From Spirochaetia bacterium (GTDB lineage: Bacteria > Spirochaetota > Spirochaetia > SP-2023): a DNA stretch of 64,000 nucleotides. The stretch lies in assembly GCA_965263295.1 (NCBI GenBank), contig OZ253665.1, positions 704,001-768,000 of the forward strand, in the 5' to 3' direction. Position numbers and translations under genes: made by a program. Positions 47,248-57,784 of the stretch are shown here, piece by piece. Each line of letters opens with the position of its first letter. Position 1 is the stretch's first letter. The notes beneath the pieces are model-generated. The model saw only the letters and a list, made by a program, of their open reading frames with translations. It searched no databases and was not told the origin of the DNA.

Positions 47248-49176
47248 CTACTTCGCAGTCACTTCGCTCGATTGGGTTATGCGCCTTGCGGGGCCGGTTT
47301 GGCTGCAAACCTCAATGCTGTTTTCTTCGGCGTACAGTTCACTCAAAGCATCTATTGAAGGGCCATTCGTTCCTCTTTTGAATGTGTCTTGCGCAGAAGC
47401 GCGCAAGGCTTTTTCTTGCTGCGGGCTCAGGGGGTAATCCTGAGCATCACAGGTGACGATATGGTACTTATAGCCTTGTTCAATCAAAAACTTTTGACGA
47501 TTGCTGGAGAAATCCTCTTCTACCGTGTAGCGCGATACAATGCTGTAAAAATAGGCTCCGCGTTCTTTGGGCCGCAGAATACGCCCCAGGCGTTGGGCTT
47601 CTTCCTGACGCGAACCAAAGGAGCCCGAAACCTGAATGGCCACATTCACGTCGGGCAGATCAATGGCAAAATTGGCCACTTTGGAGACGATAAGAATTTT
47701 AATTTTGCCGTCTCGCAATTGCTGGTAGAGCTCTTCTCGCCTGGTATTGGGCGTCTTGCCGGCTATAAGCGGCGCGCGAAATCGCTTGCTGAAAGACTCC
47801 AGTTGTTTGATGTATTGACCAATAACCAGGACTTTGTCCTGCCGGTGCCGTTGCAGCAGCTCGGCGGTGACTTCTTCTTTGAGGATGTTCTGGGCGGCAA
47901 TATTGATTTTTTGTCGCGGTTCGGCCACGGCGTATTCGAGTATCTGAATCTGTGGCAATTCAATGCGTATTTCATTGCAGTTGGCGGTCGCAATCCAACC
48001 GTCGCGCTCCAGTTCCTTCCACGGCACGTCGTAACGCTTGGGTCCCACCAGCGAAAATACGGCATCTTCCCCGTTGTCTTCGCGCACTAGCGTTGCGGTC
48101 AAGCCTAGGCGGCGCACACTTTGGATCTCCGCGACAATACGGAAGACCGGGGCGGGCAGCATGTGGACTTCATCGTAGATTATCAGGCCCCATTTGCGCC
48201 TGCGGAACAAGTCGAAGTGAGGGTGTTGGCCGTCTTGTTTGGAATAGCGGGCCAGCACCTGGTAGGTGGCGACGGTCACGGGCCCGATTCCCTTGTGCAT
48301 GCCGCTATATTCGGCCAGCTGTTCGGAGCTCAAGTCCGTTTTGTCCAGTAATTCGTTCATCCACTGGTGCAGGGCGGCTACGTTTGGGGTCAAGATCAAG
48401 GTCTCGGTCTGCAATGCCTGCATGGCCAACATGCCCACCACGGTTTTCCCGGCACCGCAGGGCAGGATGATGGAACCGAAGCCAGTGCCGGGGCCACGAT
48501 TGCCCAAAAGGGCGTTGACGGCGCTTTCTTGATAGTGGCGCGGACGGAATTCCTTGCCGGCCCGAGTCTGCTTGCGCAGATTGAATTGCAGTGGGGCACC
48601 TTCAAGGATGGGAGCCAGGTCAATCACGGGGAAGCCCTGGCGGATTAATTCTACTTTGACGGTACCGCGGTTGAGGGCAGAGATCAGAAAACTGCATTCG
48701 GGTTCTTCGGGCAAGAGATATTTGGAAAGCTTGCGGTTTCGCTGCAGTTCGAGCCAGATGCGCGGACTGTCGACGCAGAGCCTGAGCTGGCCGTAGTTTC
48801 CCGCGATGTGTTCAACCTGATCTCGCCCGGTATTATCCTGATGATCTTCAACTGGAGATAAGGTTTCTCCTTTGACCTCTTCAAGGCGGAGTTGGCCATA
48901 ACGGCTAATAGTCTCTTTGACTTGCAGGATGATATTTTGTGGTATTTCATAGCGGCTAAGCTCGTGCAGGTATTCGATGATTTTCTGGCTATCCAGTCCC
49001 GCAGAGGCCGCATTCCATAGAGATAGGGCCGTCAATTGATAAGTGTGGATGTGTTCAGGGGACTTTTCGAGTTCGCAGAACAGCAGGAGCAGGTCTCGGG
49101 CTTTGCCGCTGTCGGCATGGTGCAAGTCCAGCAGGAGTGTGCCATTGCCCTGAATGATTACCGGTTTGTCATACAT
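47248..49176 (-). CDS. XPB/Ssl2-like SF2 DNA helicase
   Basis: ELEKSPEHIHTY, LPCGAGKT, DEVH, LGLTATLVRED, SRQEEAQRLGRILRPK. Confidence 0.93.
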   Translation of the reverse strand: MYDKPVIIQGNGTLLLDLHHADSGKARDLLLLFCELEKSPEHIHTYQLTALSLWNAASAGLDSQKIIEYLHELSRYEIPQNIILQVKETISRYGQLRLEEVKGETLSPVEDHQDNTGRDQVEHIAGNYGQLRLCVDSPRIWLELQRNRKLSKYLLPEEPECSFLISALNRGTVKVELIRQGFPVIDLAPILEGAPLQFNLRKQTRAGKEFRPRHYQESAVNALLGNRGPGTGFGSIILPCGAGKTVVGMLAMQALQTETLILTPNVAALHQWMNELLDKTDLSSEQLAEYSGMHKGIGPVTVATYQVLARYSKQDGQHPHFDLFRRRKWGLIIYDEVHMLPAPVFRIVAEIQSVRRLGLTATLVREDNGEDAVFSLVGPKRYDVPWKELERDGWIATANCNEIRIELPQIQILEYAVAEPRQKINIAAQNILKEEVTAELLQRHRQDKVLVIGQYIKQLESFSKRFRAPLIAGKTPNTRREELYQQLRDGKIKILIVSKVANFAIDLPDVNVAIQVSGSFGSRQEEAQRLGRILRPKERGAYFYSIVSRYTVEEDFSSNRQKFLIEQGYKYHIVTCDAQDYPLSPQQEKALRASAQDTFKRGTNGPSIDALSELYAEENSIEVCSQTGPARRITQSSEVTAK

Positions 49177-49484
49177 GATAAGGAGCGATTATACTGGCTT
49201 GCCGAGTGTTAGGCAACGACAGGCGGCGCTCGGCCCGGCGCCTGGCGAAGCGCCGTTGATTCGCTTATATTGTTTTTTATAGTTTTTTATGTTCATTGTC
49301 TATATTTTGGTTGGCTGCAAGGAAGGAAAAATGTGCCGCCGGGCAAAGATAATTCGAGCTGCTTGGTTCTTAAATAAATAGAATCGCTGACTTTGAATCT
49401 GGCCTTGAAGCTCGTTTGCAAGAGCTGTCCTCCCTGTGACAACTATTTATCGAGTTGGGCTCTAGCTCAACTTTGTGAGTTACT

Positions 49485-49934
49485 TTGCCGAATTTTAAGG
49501 CAATGAAAAAAACGCGGTTATCGCGCAGCCGCTGGCGGCGCGTGCTGTTGCTTGCAGGCGGAAGTATTTCTTTGGTGTTGGGGGGGGCGGCTCTCTTGTT
49601 GCCCGTGATACCCACAACTCCCTTTTTGTTGTTGGCCGCGTGGTGTTTTACGCGCAGCTCCCCGCGCCTGCACTACTGGCTGTTTCACAACCGCCTGTTT
49701 GGTAGACACTTGAGGCGCCATGCCCGCGGCGAAGGCATGACCGGGGGCGCTAAAACTTGTGCCTTGCTGATGCTGTGGCCCGCTTTGGCGATATCCGCCT
49801 TTGTCTTTGTCCCTTCGCCCTTGTGGTGGCTACGTTTCATTCTGTTGGGAATAGGCATTGGGGGCAGTATTTATATATTGCGCTTGCCAACGACGCCGAG
49901 GCGACCACCTCAAAAAGGTGAGGGTCTAAAGTAA
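49485..49934 (+). CDS. YbaN/DUF454 membrane protein
   Basis: LPVIPTTPFLLLAAWCFTRSSPRLHYWL. Confidence 0.88.
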   Translation: MPNFKAMKKTRLSRSRWRRVLLLAGGSISLVLGGAALLLPVIPTTPFLLLAAWCFTRSSPRLHYWLFHNRLFGRHLRRHARGEGMTGGAKTCALLMLWPALAISAFVFVPSPLWWLRFILLGIGIGGSIYILRLPTTPRRPPQKGEGLK

Positions 49935-50217
49935 TTTTTTTAAAGGAATTAGAGTAATTATTGGCAGCGCATATTTGAAAAGCGAACAGAAGAGCGATAA
50001 AAAAACGATAAAAAAATTTTGTGCGATAATTTTGTACCATAATTTGGCCAGTCCAACAGCCGAGAACCGATATTAATAATGAGCGCAAACTAGATGTAAA
50101 AGGGCTTGGCAAAGTTCTAAAACAAGATTAGAATCTTAGTTGGTTCACTTGTCGATTCTGGTTCGCTCTCGCATGGGGTGCAAATATTGCCGCGTGGATT
50201 GACATGAAATAGTTTGG

Positions 50218-50291
50218 GGACGATTAGCTCAGCTGGATAGAGCGCTTCCCTCCGGAGGAAGAGGCCAGGCGTTCGAATCGCCTATCGTCCG
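50218..50291 (+). tRNA. tRNA-Arg (anticodon CCG); CCA not encoded
   Basis: GGACGAT/ATCGTCC acceptor stem, GCTC-AGCTGGATA-GAGC, CTTCC-CTCCGGA-GGAAG, AGGCG-TTCGAAT-CGCCT. Confidence 0.97.
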
Positions 50292-50600
50292 TAACTTTGC
50301 CGAAGATTTAATTGGATTTAATTGTCTAACTTGCCAGGTTGATCTGGCATAAAGTTTTCTCAGTGATGGCGATTTTTATTTCGCCAACTAGAATTAGCTT
50401 GGAGTGTGGATTGGTGAACAGTCAAGATTTCTGCCATATTTTTGTCGTGCAGTTGTAGCCGGATTATGCATGCCACCCTTTACTTTTATCGGTGCCTTCA
50501 ATACTGTGTCTGGGATTATTTGGGGGATTATGTTGGAATTTAGATCGGAATTCTCCCTCGTTTTTTTCAGGTATTTTAATGACAAGCAGGAGTAAACGCG

Positions 50601-51497
50601 TTGGGCGAAGAAAAACCACTGCTTCCTAAGCCGCCGTGGCTGCGCAAGAAGCTCTACAGTAACACGCTCAGTGTCGATCGGGCGATCAAACACAACGGTT
50701 TGGAGACGATTTGCAAGGAAGCGGCTTGTCCGAATCGGAGTGAGTGTTGGCATTCAGGCACGGCAACATTCCTGATTTTGGGGCGCATTTGTACGCGCAA
50801 ATGTACGTTTTGCAATGTCGAGTCGGGTAAACCTGGCCAGGTGGATCCGCAGGAGCCCGACAAGGTCGCTGAAGCGGTCGAAGCCCTCAAACTGAATTAT
50901 ACCGTGATTACTTCTGTCAATCGCGACGACTTGGCCGATGGGGGCAGCCGGCATTTTGTCGATGTGATTCAAGCTGTGCGCCAGCGCCGGCCACAGAGTA
51001 AAGTTGAGGTTCTGATACCCGATTTGCTCGGGAATTGGGATGCATTGAAAGAGATAGTCGATTCTGCGCCCGAAGTTTTGAATCACAATATTGAGACAGT
51101 TGAATCTTTTTATTATTACGTTCGCCCGAATGCGGATTATCAGCGTTCGCTGGAGTTGTTCCGCCAGGTTAAGAGCCTGGCCCCGCATATGGTGACCAAG
51201 TCGGGAATCATGGTCGGCATGGGTGAAGATCCGGCCGACGTGCGCCAGACTTTCCGTGATTTATTGGAAGCGGGAGTCGATATTTTGACTGTGGGCCAAT
51301 ATTTACAGCCCACGCGACAACACTTAGATGTCGAAGAATATATCAGCCCGCAGCAGTTTGATGATTATGCTGAGTATGCTTATTCAATAGGCTTTAAGGG
51401 TGTGGCTGCCGGCGTGTTTGTGCGTAGCTCTTACAAGGCGGATGAACTGTATTTACAAGCGAAACAGAAAATTAAGATAGAAGAAAAATTGGCCTGA
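50601..51497 (+). CDS. lipA: lipoyl synthase
   Basis: CKEAACPNRSEC, CTRKCTFC, VRSSY. Confidence 0.96.
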   Translation: MGEEKPLLPKPPWLRKKLYSNTLSVDRAIKHNGLETICKEAACPNRSECWHSGTATFLILGRICTRKCTFCNVESGKPGQVDPQEPDKVAEAVEALKLNYTVITSVNRDDLADGGSRHFVDVIQAVRQRRPQSKVEVLIPDLLGNWDALKEIVDSAPEVLNHNIETVESFYYYVRPNADYQRSLELFRQVKSLAPHMVTKSGIMVGMGEDPADVRQTFRDLLEAGVDILTVGQYLQPTRQHLDVEEYISPQQFDDYAEYAYSIGFKGVAAGVFVRSSYKADELYLQAKQKIKIEEKLA

Positions 51498-51527
51498 TTC
51501 GGCTGAATATTCAGAGAGGAGTTCTAG

Positions 51528-54179
51528 ATGTTCCAAGATTTGGATCCAGAGGAAACGCAGGAGTGGCTTGATGCCTTTGGCGCGGTCATCAAAAATGAAG
51601 GTGAAGACAAAGCAGAGTTTCTGCTAGACATATTGCAACGTCGCCTGGGCGGTACTTCGCATCAGTTGTCCACCCCTTATATCAATACTATTCCGCCGAA
51701 TCGCAGCGCCCCAATGCCGCACAATAGCTCAATAGCGCGCAATGTTTCTGCCTATGTGCGTTGGAATGCCATGGCCATGGTGGCCCGCGCCAACAAAAAA
51801 ATTGACGGTATCGGCGGGCACATCGCCTCTTTCGCTTCGTCTGGCACGATCTATGAAGTCGGCTTTGATTATTTTTTTCGCGGTCCTAACGCTGAAAATG
51901 GAGCGGACTTGATCTTCTATCAAGGTCATATTGCGCCCGGCATTTACGCGCGTGCATTTGTCGAGGGCCGCCTTTCGGAAGAACAGTTGGAGAATTTTCG
52001 TCAGGAGACGGGTGGCGGCGGCCTCTCGTCTTACCCTCATCCCCGTTTGATGCCGAATTTTTGGCAGTTCCCCACTGTGTCGATGGGTCTGGGGCCGATT
52101 ATGGCCATTTATCAGGCGCGCTTCATGAAGTACATGGAGAATCGCGGTTTTTTGAAGATAGGTAAGCGCAAAGTTTGGGCTTTCCTCGGCGATGGCGAGA
52201 CCGACGAGCCCGAAACTCTCGGATCCATTGGCATCGCGGCGCGCGAAAACCTGGACAACCTAATTTTTGTTTTAAACTGCAACTTGCAAAGACTGGATGG
52301 TCCTGTGCGCGGCGCCGGCAAGATTGTTCAGGAGATGGAGGGGCATTTTCGCGGCGCCGGCTGGAATGTGATTAAGGTTTTGTGGAGCACGGAATGGGAT
52401 GAGCTGTTCGCCCAAGATGAGGCTGGAGCCTTGATGAAACAACTTGAGGCGATTGTCGACGGCGACTTTCAGCGTTTGAATGCCAACTATAAAAACGGCT
52501 CCTACGTTCGCGAGCACCTGTTTAATACGCCTGAGTTACGCAAGTTGGTACAAGACTGGAGCGATGAAAAATTGGCCACGTTGTCGCGTGGCGGCCACGA
52601 TCCGCGCAAAGTTTACGCGGCCATGCATGAGGCGGTAAGTCATCAGGGGCAACCCACCATTATGCTGATTCAAACGGTCAAGGGCCATGGCATGGGCGAG
52701 GCGGGCGAAGCCGCCAACGATACCCACAGCCTGAAAAAGATGTCCAAGGCATCTCTGTTGGCTTTCCGCGATCGCTTTCACGTGCCCTTAAAAGATGAGG
52801 AACTTGAAGCCCTGCCGTTTATCAAACCTGAGCCCGGTAGCCCCGAAGCGCAATTGATCCAAGAAACCCGCAGCGCTCTGGGAGGTTCAATCCCCGTGCG
52901 TCAGTTTAGCCTTAACCCGTTGGATGTCCCCGAACTGAATGAGTTTCAGGCTGTGCTCGACGGCAGCGCAGGCCGGGAGATTTCGACGACAATGGGTTTC
53001 GTGCGTATCTTGAGCATTCTGTTGCGCAATAAGGCGATTGCCGACCGTATCGTGCCGATTGTGCCGGATGAGGCCCGCACATTTGGCATGGAGGGCCTGT
53101 TTAAGCAGCTGGGTATCTACAACCCCAAGGGGCAGGTTTATACGCCAGTCGACAAAGGGACTTTGATGTGGTACCGCGAAGACGCCAAGGGGCAATTGTT
53201 GCAAGAGGGGATTAACGAGGCCGGCGGTTTCAGTTCTTGGCTGGCCGCAGCCACATCGTATGCCAATCACAGCATTCCGATGATCCCCTTTTTCGCCTAC
53301 TACTCAATGTTTGGCTTTCAGCGAATCGGCGATTTGGCCTGGGCTGCCGGCGACCTGTTGGCGAAGGGCTTTTTGATCGGTGCAACCGCAGGCCGCACGA
53401 CTCTAAATGGAGAAGGTCTGCAGCACCAGGATGGGCACCATTTGTTGACGGCTGCGACCCTGCCGAGCTGCCATGCCTATGACCCTTCTTTCGTGTATGA
53501 GATGGCCGTCATCATTCAGGACGGTTTGAGGCGCATGTACAAGGACGGCGAAGAGATTTTCTATTATATCACGGCTTTGAATGAAAATTTTGTGCAGCCA
53601 GCTATGCCTGAGGGTGTCGAGGAAGGCATCCGCCGGGGCATTTATCGTTTCCAGGCATCGGAGAAAAAGGCCAAGGCCAAGGTTCATATTCTGGGCAGCG
53701 GCAGTATTTTCATGGAGGTGCGCCAAGCCGCCAGGATTTTGGAAGAAGAATACGGTGTGGCCGCAGATGTTTGGAGCGTGCCCGGTATTGTACAACTGCA
53801 CCGAGACGGCATTGACTGCGAACGCGAGCATACTTTAGAGCCCCAGAGCGAGCGTGTGCCATATGTCCGCCAGGCCTTGGCCGAAGTTGATGCGCGGGAA
53901 GAAGAGCCGGCGATTATCAGTACGGATTATATTAAGGCCTACGGCAATTTGCTGGCGCCTTACATGAAACGCCCGTTTTATACTTTGGGAACCGATGGTT
54001 ACGGTCGTAGCGATTCGCGCGAAGCGCTGCGCGAACATTTTGAAGTCAGCCGTAAATACATCGTTGTCTCGGCTCTCCGCGCTTTAGTTGAGCAGGGTAA
54101 AATGGAGGCAAGTGTGCTGAGAAACGCCTGTCAAAAATTGGGTGTTGAGAAGACCAAGAAAAATCCACGTCTGGCTTAA
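51528..54179 (+). CDS. aceE: pyruvate dehydrogenase E1, homodimeric type
   Basis: DLDPEETQEW, GGHIAS, QFPTVSMGLGP, GDGETDEPE, GEGLQHQDG. Confidence 0.96.
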   Translation: MFQDLDPEETQEWLDAFGAVIKNEGEDKAEFLLDILQRRLGGTSHQLSTPYINTIPPNRSAPMPHNSSIARNVSAYVRWNAMAMVARANKKIDGIGGHIASFASSGTIYEVGFDYFFRGPNAENGADLIFYQGHIAPGIYARAFVEGRLSEEQLENFRQETGGGGLSSYPHPRLMPNFWQFPTVSMGLGPIMAIYQARFMKYMENRGFLKIGKRKVWAFLGDGETDEPETLGSIGIAARENLDNLIFVLNCNLQRLDGPVRGAGKIVQEMEGHFRGAGWNVIKVLWSTEWDELFAQDEAGALMKQLEAIVDGDFQRLNANYKNGSYVREHLFNTPELRKLVQDWSDEKLATLSRGGHDPRKVYAAMHEAVSHQGQPTIMLIQTVKGHGMGEAGEAANDTHSLKKMSKASLLAFRDRFHVPLKDEELEALPFIKPEPGSPEAQLIQETRSALGGSIPVRQFSLNPLDVPELNEFQAVLDGSAGREISTTMGFVRILSILLRNKAIADRIVPIVPDEARTFGMEGLFKQLGIYNPKGQVYTPVDKGTLMWYREDAKGQLLQEGINEAGGFSSWLAAATSYANHSIPMIPFFAYYSMFGFQRIGDLAWAAGDLLAKGFLIGATAGRTTLNGEGLQHQDGHHLLTAATLPSCHAYDPSFVYEMAVIIQDGLRRMYKDGEEIFYYITALNENFVQPAMPEGVEEGIRRGIYRFQASEKKAKAKVHILGSGSIFMEVRQAARILEEEYGVAADVWSVPGIVQLHRDGIDCEREHTLEPQSERVPYVRQALAEVDAREEEPAIISTDYIKAYGNLLAPYMKRPFYTLGTDGYGRSDSREALREHFEVSRKYIVVSALRALVEQGKMEASVLRNACQKLGVEKTKKNPRLA

Positions 54180-54211
54180 GTGCGACAGCAGTTTGAGGAG
54201 TAGAATAATTT

Positions 54212-55861
54212 ATGGCGAATGTAATTGATATTGTGGTGCCCGACGGTGTGTCCGGCGCGGCCGTGGTGGAGATAATGGGGCAGGTGGGCGCAGAGCTTGC
54301 CGCCGATGAGTCGCTGCTGGCCATTGAAACGGACAAGGCGACGGCCGAAGTTCCGTCGCCGGCCCGTGGCAAACTGTTAAGCCTGAGCGTCGAGCTGGGG
54401 GCTACGGTTTCCAGCGGCGATGTCATCGGCCAACTGGAGCTGGCGGCCGGTTCTGGCGTCGAGGCTGGCCCTGAAGCTGGCATCGCCGCGAGCGCTGCGA
54501 GTCCTGCAGCTGCTGCGACGCCGGCAACTGAAATGGATATTGTGGTGCCCGACGGCGTCTCTGGCGCGGCCGTGGTGGAGATAATGAGGCAGGTGGGCGC
54601 AGAGCTTGCCGCCGATGAGTCGCTGCTGGCCATTGAAACGGACAAGGCGACGGCCGAAGTTCCGTCGCCGGCCCGTGGCAAACTGTTAAGCCTGAGCGTC
54701 GAGCTGGGGGCTACGGTTTCCAGCGGCGACGTCATCGGCAAACTGGAGCTGGCGGCCGGTTCTGGCGTCGAGGCTGGCCCTGAAGCTAGCATCGCCGCGA
54801 GCGCTGCGAGTTCCGCAGCTGCTGCGACGCCGGCAACTTCTTCGTCGGCAAGCCCAAAGCCAGAACCGCCAGAACCGGTGGATTCGGCGCCCGCGCCAGT
54901 CGCGGCCGAGAATGCGGTCTTGACAAATGCCCAGCGTCTAGGTGCCAGTGTGCATGCTTCGCCTTCAGTGCGCCAGTTCGCGCGTGAGCTGGGCGTGGAT
55001 TTGGGCCTTATCAGTCAGCCGAGCGGCCCCAAGGGCCGCGTCACCTTTGCCGATGTCAAAGGGTTTGTCAAAGCCGTAATGAAGGGCACTTCCAGTGCGT
55101 TGGCTGCCAATGGCTTCGGGATTCCACCCATTGAGCTGCCTGATTTTGGCCAATTTGGCCCGACAGAAGAACAGGCCCTGAGCAAGATCAAGCAAATTAC
55201 CGGCGCGCATCTGCATAAAGGCTGGTTGAATATTCCCATGGTGACCCACTTTGAAGAAGCAGATATTACTGAGCTGGAAAACTTTCGCCAGGATCTGAAC
55301 AAGCGGGCGGCGACAGTCAAGGGCGATCGGCCCAAGGCGACTCCGTTAGCTTTCATCGTCAAGGCTGTGGTTAAGGCTCTGGAGCAATTCCCTCAGGTTA
55401 ATTCTTCGCTCAGCAGTGACGGTAAGTCGCTGATTTTGAAAAAGTATTACAATATTGGTATCGCTGTGGATACACCGCGCGGCTTGCTGGTGCCGGTGAT
55501 TAAAAATGCGCAGCGACTGTCGTTGGATGAAATTTCGGCTTATATTAAAGAGCTGGGCTCAAAGGGCCGCGCAGCTAAGCTCGGACCCAATGATATGGAG
55601 GGGGCTAGCTTTACGATTTCCAGCCTCGGTGGGCTAGGTGGCAGCAACTTTACGCCGCTGGTCAATCCGCCAGAGGCCGCGATAATGGGCGTGGCGAAGT
55701 CTGCCATGAAGCCAGTCTGGAATGGCCGTGAATTTGTGCCGCGTTTAATTTTGCCGTTCTCTATTTCCTATGATCATCGTGTCCTTGATGGTGGCGAGGT
55801 CGCGCGCTTTGGCTCAACTTTGGCAGGCTATTTAAATGATTTGCGCCTGATCCTGGTTTAG
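54212..55861 (+). CDS. aceF: dihydrolipoamide acetyltransferase E2 with two lipoyl domains
   Basis: Two ETDKA motifs, HASPSVRQFARELG, SYDHRVLDG. Confidence 0.95.
   Translation: MANVIDIVVPDGVSGAAVVEIMGQVGAELAADESLLAIETDKATAEVPSPARGKLLSLSVELGATVSSGDVIGQLELAAGSGVEAGPEAGIAASAASPAAAATPATEMDIVVPDGVSGAAVVEIMRQVGAELAADESLLAIETDKATAEVPSPARGKLLSLSVELGATVSSGDVIGKLELAAGSGVEAGPEASIAASAASSAAAATPATSSSASPKPEPPEPVDSAPAPVAAENAVLTNAQRLGASVHASPSVRQFARELGVDLGLISQPSGPKGRVTFADVKGFVKAVMKGTSSALAANGFGIPPIELPDFGQFGPTEEQALSKIKQITGAHLHKGWLNIPMVTHFEEADITELENFRQDLNKRAATVKGDRPKATPLAFIVKAVVKALEQFPQVNSSLSSDGKSLILKKYYNIGIAVDTPRGLLVPVIKNAQRLSLDEISAYIKELGSKGRAAKLGPNDMEGASFTISSLGGLGGSNFTPLVNPPEAAIMGVAKSAMKPVWNGREFVPRLILPFSISYDHRVLDGGEVARFGSTLAGYLNDLRLILV
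54227..54838 (+). repeat. near-identical tandem duplication of the lipoyl domain (309-bp period)
   Basis: 54227-54529 versus 54536-54838 differ at only a few bases. Confidence 0.92.
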
Positions 55862-55932
55862 CTGAGAGCTTGTTTGGCCGCTTGCTTTGTTTTGCTTGGC
55901 AAGAGGTTTGTTGAGAATGTTAGGAGTAATAA

Positions 55933-57360
55933 ATGGAAAAATTTGATGTCGTTGTTGTCGGTGCTGGTCCGGGCGGTTACAACGCAGCGTTTAGGGCTGC
56001 AGACCTGGGCAAGAGGGTCGCGATTATTGAGCGTTACAGTGTACTTGGCGGCGTGTGCCTAAATGTTGGTTGCATTCCCTCAAAGTCCCTGCTGCATGTC
56101 ACCGAAGGTATTCATGCTGTCGCAGAGCTGAAACAGTTGGGCTTTGATGTGGAAATCAAAAACATGGACCAGTCCCTGGGCAAGGTGCGTGCCTACCGAG
56201 ATGCCGTGGTGGGAAAGCTGACAGGTGGCCTGGCGATGTTGGCCAAGCAGCGCAAAGTTACCCATATTGAAGGACTTGCCGTATTTAAAGATGCAAATAC
56301 TTTTATTGTCAGCCCATATAAAAATGCTAAGGATGAAGAAAAGTTTGAACTGGGCTTTGATCGCTGTATTTTGGCCATCGGTTCGCGCCCGGTGCAGATA
56401 CCGTCTTTTCCCAATGAAGATCCCCGGCTGATTGATTCGACTGGCGCTCTTGCCATTGACGATGTCCCTGAAAAGCTGCTGATTGTAGGTGGCGGTATCA
56501 TTGGTCTGGAAATGGCGGAAATATACCACTCATTAGGTAGTCAAATAACTATTGTCGAATTGATGAGTCACATTGTTCCCCCCGCGGATAAAGACTTGGT
56601 TGACCCGTTGATGAAGCGCTTTAAGACCTTTTCGACTATTTATCTAGAGACGAAAGTCACCGGCGTTGTCGCCAGGAGCGAAGGTATGGAGGTCTCGTTT
56701 GAAGGTAAGGCCTGCAATGAGACTCTGCTGTTCGACAAGGTTTTGGTAGCTGTAGGCCGCCGTCCGAATGGCGACATGGTCAATGCCCAGGCTGCGGGCG
56801 TCCAAGTCGACGAACGTGGTTTTATTCCTGTGGATGCTCAGCAGCGCACTAACGTGCCACATATTTTTGCCATTGGTGACGTTGTCGGGCAGCCAATGTT
56901 GGCCCATAAGGCCTCGCATGAAGGTCACGTCGCGGCGGAAACGATTGCAGGTTTGAAGACGGCCTTTGCGCCGCTGGGTATTCCTTCTGTGGCTTATACC
57001 ACGCCAGAAATCGCCTGGACAGGTATCACGGAGAAAGAGGCGAAGGAAAAGGGGGTGAAATATACCAAGGGTATTTTCCCCTGGGCCGCGAGTGGCCGGG
57101 CAATAAGTATGCAAGCAGGCGATGGCAAGGTGAAACTGTTATTTGATGCAGAAACTCATCGTATCATAGGGGGGGGCATTGTCGGTCTGCATGCCGGAGA
57201 TCTTATAGCGGAAATCATGTTGGCTATTGAATTGGGTGCAGATATGGTGGATTTGGCAAAGACCATTCACCCGCACCCCACATTGGGGGAAACTCTGGGC
57301 TTTGCCGCCGAAGTTGCCCATGGCAGTATTACTGAAATCTATGTCCCCAAGAAAAAATAG
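55933..57360 (+). CDS. lpdA: dihydrolipoamide dehydrogenase E3
   Basis: GAGPGG, GGVCLNVGCIPSK, GGGIIG, IHPHPT. Confidence 0.96.
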   Translation: MEKFDVVVVGAGPGGYNAAFRAADLGKRVAIIERYSVLGGVCLNVGCIPSKSLLHVTEGIHAVAELKQLGFDVEIKNMDQSLGKVRAYRDAVVGKLTGGLAMLAKQRKVTHIEGLAVFKDANTFIVSPYKNAKDEEKFELGFDRCILAIGSRPVQIPSFPNEDPRLIDSTGALAIDDVPEKLLIVGGGIIGLEMAEIYHSLGSQITIVELMSHIVPPADKDLVDPLMKRFKTFSTIYLETKVTGVVARSEGMEVSFEGKACNETLLFDKVLVAVGRRPNGDMVNAQAAGVQVDERGFIPVDAQQRTNVPHIFAIGDVVGQPMLAHKASHEGHVAAETIAGLKTAFAPLGIPSVAYTTPEIAWTGITEKEAKEKGVKYTKGIFPWAASGRAISMQAGDGKVKLLFDAETHRIIGGGIVGLHAGDLIAEIMLAIELGADMVDLAKTIHPHPTLGETLGFAAEVAHGSITEIYVPKKK

Positions 57361-57784
57361 TCGGAAAAAATAGCCAAATGATTATTGGCATACAGACTTC
57401 ATATATCGGCCTATTTTTTGTCGCTCATCTAAATTTTTTCACAGAGTCGCAGTGGTTTTTCTGTTATTTTTTTGAGGGGGGGGGGCTTGTGCGCAATAGA
57501 AAAAGGGAGCCATCGCAGAATTTAAACCAAAGGAGCGTTGTAGTGTTTGTCGCGGATTTACTTTTGTGAAATTCATTTTAGTTCCGGAATTCTTAGCTCT
57601 GTAGCATCCCCCCCAAAAAAAAATAGGGAGGGGAAATAGCTCTGGAAAATAGCGCGATTTGAAATATAAAGGTTTGGATATGAAAAATCGGGTGTAGATA
57701 TTCAAACACAAATCAACGCTAAATAATACAGGAGGAAAGTACGGCCTTATTTGTCAATTACAAATGGGGTAAGCTTTTTCGTTT

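Noticed and set aside
50218..50291. tRNA-Arg as the integration site of the accessory region
   Set aside because: No duplicated 3' end or integrase seen, and core genes lie between it and the island
43276..57321. Long antisense ORFs such as 43276-43962, 47389-48090 and 54046-54792
   Set aside because: Shadows of well-supported genes on the opposite strand
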